A DNA stretch of 64,000 nucleotides. It comes from Podarcis filfolensis. Lineage: Eukaryota. The notes below the pieces were generated by a model that made no database searches, had not been told where the DNA came from, and saw only the letters and a program-made list of their open reading frames with translations. The position numbers were made by a program, and so were the translations under genes. The DNA is taken from the NCBI GenBank assembly GCA_964270895.1, contig OZ185437.1; one strand, 5' to 3'. This document shows positions 59,035 to 64,000 of the stretch, piece by piece; the first letter of the stretch is position 1; the number at the start of each line of letters is the position of its first letter.

Positions 59035-61889
59035 AGTTAGAGTCTTCACAAGCAGTAGCATTGTGAAAGCAGACTATTGCCTTACAGATGTACCTCATTA
59101 CCTTGTATAAGTAATCCTCTCCAAGAAAGCCTTCTGTCCTCTGTAGGGAGTCCTGGATTACACTTTGAGAAAATATCCCTCAACTTCAGTTTTTAGTGTT
59201 TTAAGCCACAGAAGCTCCCTGTCTGATCCTGAAAGGAATAGAGTTAATGATTTTTCCCATTTGAAAATAAACTTCTTGCAGTTGAGTCACAATTCCTTCT
59301 TTGTATAATAGTATGTTTTCTGCCTCCAGCTATCATTCTCTTCGTTACCTTGAACAATTTTATTTTAACCCGAAAAAAGTTTCCTCTAGAGATGTGAAGA
59401 TGGTTTGTTTTTAGGTTGCCTCTTTTCATCATTCTACATAATTTCATCAGTCCTGTCACTTTCACTGTGTTAAGACCCAAGAGTCCCTTCTCGCCTGGAT
59501 TTCCCTTTATCTTTTGTTAGCATTTGTGGTTTCTGTACATCAACTCTCTTTCAGGCCGGTTGAGTAAAATTATTAGACTTTATGTATATGTTATAAAATA
59601 TCATAGACTTGAAAAATATGTCAAATAATAAAATGTATATACTTCATGGTGTTGGAGAATAAAAAGATAGTATGCTCATTCTCAATGTGCTCAATATGCA
59701 TTGCAAAGTATTGATAGTTGCAACATTTCTAAAATAAAATAACTTTGCAGGTAATGTTAGGGTGGTATATGGCTAATTCATTTTGGCATGAAGATTTGAA
59801 GATTAAAAAACTGGCCAATAATTTTAAGGTAAATTATGGAGGAATTTGTATTGGGACTTGATAGGAACAGTGCAATCTTATTGTAAATGAAGCCAAGCGG
59901 TGAAACAGGCTTTGAAGGCAAAAGTGAACAAGCAGCTATTTAAAAGAAGCTTGGGTAGATTATGTTTTATCTTGAAAATGTGGTGGAGGAGGAAACTGAC
60001 ATTTAGAAATCTGTTTAAATACTTTAAACCATGAAGCAGGTAAACATGCTGGAACTTATTTATGTGTATGTAGCAAAATGTATATACTGCTTGATTGTAG
60101 CAAAACCTCTGCTTACAAGAAATACTAAAATTATAAGAAAAAACAGCAATTAAAAATTGATAATTAACAGCAAGGAAAAGAAAGATTAACAACATCTGGG
60201 AGTAAAGGACTGCTGAAAATAATGGAGAATTTCAGCATTTTCTCTAATTGAAACTTCTTTAAAACCAACATGTCCCTGCTTGTTATATTAATTCAGACCA
60301 TTTTGAAACCACTGGCATTGAAGAGATTGCCCTCTCAAATTTGAGCTGCTGTATAAATTAGATATGCTACACAGTGGGCACTAATTGTTTATACTTCAGG
60401 GTTGAGACTGGGTAATTTGTCAGAATCTCTGTAACCTGGATGAATAAATTACATTCTTTGTCCCCAGTCTCAGACTCAGATATTATTTCTTGAATTTAGT
60501 CTAGACTTTTTAAAAAGTCTACTTTCATGTTTTTAAAACCCCTAAAAGGGATTTTAAAAATAGGACACCCTCCTTGCAACTTTAAAACCACTGTTTCAGT
60601 CATGCATGTGCTCACCTATACCTCCCCCCATTATGATAATCAGCAAAGTTATTCTTTGCACTTTTTGGAGTTCTGTAAAGCTACAGCAAAAATGAAGTTA
60701 GATTTACCTTTAACTTCATTGGCCCTTTAACCTCTTGTTGTTAGCTTTATCGTTGATTCAAACGTTACGTGGGTTTGGACTTCCTGTTACCTGACAATTC
60801 TTTTGCTTTATCTTCTTGAAGTGCTCATGTTCTTTAAATTAACTAGGACTACACAGGGAACAGATTTTGGACTCAAGACTGAAAAAACACATTGAACAGT
60901 ACTAAGAAGGGGAATTTCAATGTTACCTCTGTCTAGCAGCTGGGGATGAACAGAAGATGGTTCTTTCCTACTGTACTCATGTTATGTGTTCCTGGATGCA
61001 CCTGGCTGGCCAGTGTTCTGGACTGAATGGATCTTTCCTCTGATCCAGCAAGTCACCTGATACATTCACAGGATCATGTGGTTCATAGCATCTTTACTTT
61101 CTCCTTTTGTTTTTCTGCTTTGGCAGCATCCCTATACTCCAAAAACAGCACAATCCTACTGCACGATCTTAAATATACTTACATGAAATGGGATTTATTC
61201 TTAGTTAAGGGTGCACAGGATTGCATCCTTGTCTAATGAACAAATATCTCCACTTTATCTCTTCATTGCACACATGCTTCTTGATAGTATTCAGGTAGAT
61301 TTGGGCCACTTAGTTAATGCACCACAGGAAGAAATCCAGCAGGTGAAGCTCTCATGACCAAGGGGCGTTTGCCAGGGCATTTAGTGGAGGAGTTTGAGGG
61401 GTAAGGCCAGAGTGCTGTCTCACGATGTATGTAGGACCAAGAGACATGGATGTGGGTATGTGTGCTCCTAGTTCATCTACCATTGCCTCTCACACATCAG
61501 TACTTCAGAGGTTTGTTACACTGCAGGTTCTAATTTTGTCAGAACTGGAGAACTGTGGTTTAAGTGATCTCTACAAACCAGGTTATAAAACCATGGCTTA
61601 ATCCTGATCCATAATACACTACATGGATTATTTCAGAATTTAAAACAGGAGAGCATAAATAAGCATGACAAGACATTAGCAGTTCTTGATCTTAATGATA
61701 ATCATTTCCTGGAAATCATCCATCATCTGAATATCTGCCCATATTTTCACCAAACATTTCTCATTTAGGCAGAGCTGTTTTACAATTTGTTCTTGGAACT
61801 AATTTCACAGTTATTTAGATCTGGATCTGTGAGTAGTAGTAACTATCACATGGACTGTTGCATCAGTTTATTATTTTATGCTGCAGTTC

Positions 61890-62100
61890 ACACAGGGTTT
61901 TACATAGGAGATCATCTGGAGGGGCACAGTTGGTGGTCTCCTGTATCTCAGAAGCCCTGCTGGCCCCAACTAGATGTCAGGCATTTAGTACCTCTGGTCT
62001 CATGCTCTGGAATACTCTTCCAACAGAGATTCAGCAGGTGTCCTCACTGTTAACCTTCAGATGTCTCTTTAAGGCTTATAATGCCTATTCAGTTATTTAA
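61890..62100 (+). mobile_element. Decayed L2 3' fragment
   Basis: Translates to TRCQAFSTSGLMLWNTLPTEIQQVSSLLTFRCLFK. Confidence 0.7.
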
Positions 62101-62222
62101 TTTCCCGTTTTAGACAAACCGGTCATTCTTGGGCTTTTTTTGTATTGTGTTTTTTATGTTGTGCATCTCTTTGATATTTTATGTGAGTGGGTGGTGTGGG
62201 TGCATGTGTGAGTGAGTGTGTG

Positions 62223-62225
<3 letters not shown>

Positions 62226-62290
<65 letters not shown>
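62226..62290. repeat. Compound (CT)n(CA)n microsatellite
   Basis: Seen directly. Confidence 0.98.
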
Positions 62291-62294
<4 letters not shown>

Positions 62295-63576
62295 CATAGG
62301 TATGTTCCATACTGGCACAGGTTCCACTTCACCTTATATGGTGCTTCCACACGTTGGCTATTAGGAATCACAAGAAAATATCTTACTGCAGAACAGTAAT
62401 TATATTAAGATGCTTTGGTAGGAAATCTGGGTATGTATTTTTTGCTGAAAAGATCTTGTGGGAAGTAACTACAATTTTGTTGGAGCACTCCAGCATAAAA
62501 TTTAATTTGTGGAAGTGTGTGGATTCTGCTGTCGGTAGCTGCACACACTAAATCCTCTGGATATTAATGTTCTGTGATGGTATAATTCTTCCATATAGAA
62601 CTGTATTTTGTGTTGGCTCAAAACTGAAGATGGGGAAAATACCTCGATTATTATGTCTAGAGGTCCTAAGCCCCATGCATTTATCCTTTAAATATGAGCA
62701 AAGTTGTAGCTGCCTTGAAAAATGTTCTTAACTATTTATTTTAAACATATAATTGAAATGTGATCTATTCATTCTTTGTGTTTCTAAAAAAAAAAAAAAT
62801 CATGCACACAAAGTTCAACCATTGTGCCAGCAATCACCAATACTTTAAAATAACGTATTATTCAATGATATAATACTTGAAGTAGATATTTGGAAAGGAT
62901 GCTTTTGGTACTATAGCTCTGCAATTTGGCACTTGCTTATTGCAGATTTTTGGCAGGAAAAAATATATAGATTTGGCACCTTCTTAGCCTACCAATAGAT
63001 TATCACCAAAACAATCTTCAAAAATTAAATCCTGTGAGTTGATCATGTTGCCTGAATTCATTTCAGTTTGGAAAGATGAAGGTCAGTCAAAGTCAAAAGT
63101 GTTGCAAATGTTTACAGAATATTGAGGTGTGTAATAGGTTGCAATATGTGAAATATGAAAGAAACTCTCAAATAAATTATGATTCTATTAAAGGAGTAGT
63201 TGCAATCTCCCAAGTAAGTGATAAAATAAAGAACATCTGTTCCACTTTTTAACAGCATTGTGGTCTGTACACTTTAGGGAGTTGTTTTCATTCATTGCGA
63301 AAAAACTATTTGCTTGCTTCACAACGTCCTGAAAGTGTGCAGTTAAGTTCCTCACACTTGCAACATTGCAATATGGTTACAGCAAGAAGAGGAGTATTTA
63401 GTATATTGAATCATTTTCATAAATTGTAGCATCTTGCAAGTAAATGAATACGCATAGAAATTCCAGAACCTGTGGCATAATGCACCAAAACAAATGTGCA
63501 CCAACTGCTCTGTCTTAGATTTAATGATTCCTTTTTGCAATTTTTCTGAGGTCAGTGTTATTTTTTTCCCCTACAG

Positions 63577-63766
63577 AACATCTAATAGGCAGAATGCTTT
63601 GGAGGCTGAGCTGAAGGCAGTGCATGCCTTGCTCAAAGACCTTGAAAGTTTCCTCAAGTGGATACAAGAAGCAGAAGCTACAGTTAACGTGCTTGCAGAC
63701 GCATCACAACGAGAACGCGCTGTTCAGGACAGTGCTTCTGGAAGAGAACTGAAAAAGCAGATAGAG
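63577..63766 (+). CDS. UTRN: UTRN exon (ex55 paralog), 190 nt: [39 protein letters not shown]...LKKQIE
   Basis: Acceptor ccctacag, donor GTAAGA; phase 2 to 0. Confidence 0.96.
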
Positions 63767-64000
63767 GTAAGAGCACGACAAGTTTGTGTGTGTTAGTTAA
63801 AGTAGTTAACTTGCCTTTACGTTTAAAATGCTAAAGCCAGATTGCAATAAATAAAAACAACAGTAACATGCAATTAATAACGAGTCCAATGCCTGCTGAA
63901 GAATAAAGGCTGCTGCGCAGTAACGGAGGGCCATCAGCTAAGGGATCAAAATGAGCTGCTAAATCTGAGTGTGTATTTTAAAGAAAATTCCACAAAGTAA

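Larger units (their letters stand above)
3277..63766 (+). other. UTRN: Utrophin gene, partial (31 coding exons, spectrin-repeat rod domain)
   Basis: Exons join in one frame with AG/GT ends (one GC donor). Peptides such as [36 protein letters not shown] and [10 protein letters not shown] match recalled utrophin rather than dystrophin. Exon sizes track DMD exons 22-55. Confidence 0.97.

Overview
Vertebrate genomic DNA, most likely from a lacertid-type lizard (inferred from Sauria SINEs, a BovB LINE, and L2/CR1 LINEs). The window carries the central rod-domain part of utrophin (UTRN) on the + strand. I resolved 31 coding exons between 3277 and 63766. They join into one open frame of 4919 nt (2 nt + 1639 codons) and correspond to dystrophin (DMD) exons 22-55. 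The gene starts before and ends after the window. The introns hold LINE fragments, SINEs, DNA-transposon MITEs, LTR-like pieces, microsatellites and one 137-N gap. Main observations: (1) an intact 153-nt in-frame exon at 34482-34634 that human utrophin lacks and that matches DMD exon 40 (half of spectrin repeat 15), with no visible exon-41 partner; (2) an 85-nt exon that looks like a truncated DMD exon 48, with the frame still open past its donor; (3) a GC-AG intron required by frame; (4) several unusual TE structures. All comparisons with human UTRN/DMD use recalled sequences and exon sizes and need to be confirmed by alignment. No prokaryotic systems, CRISPR arrays or RNA genes were found.
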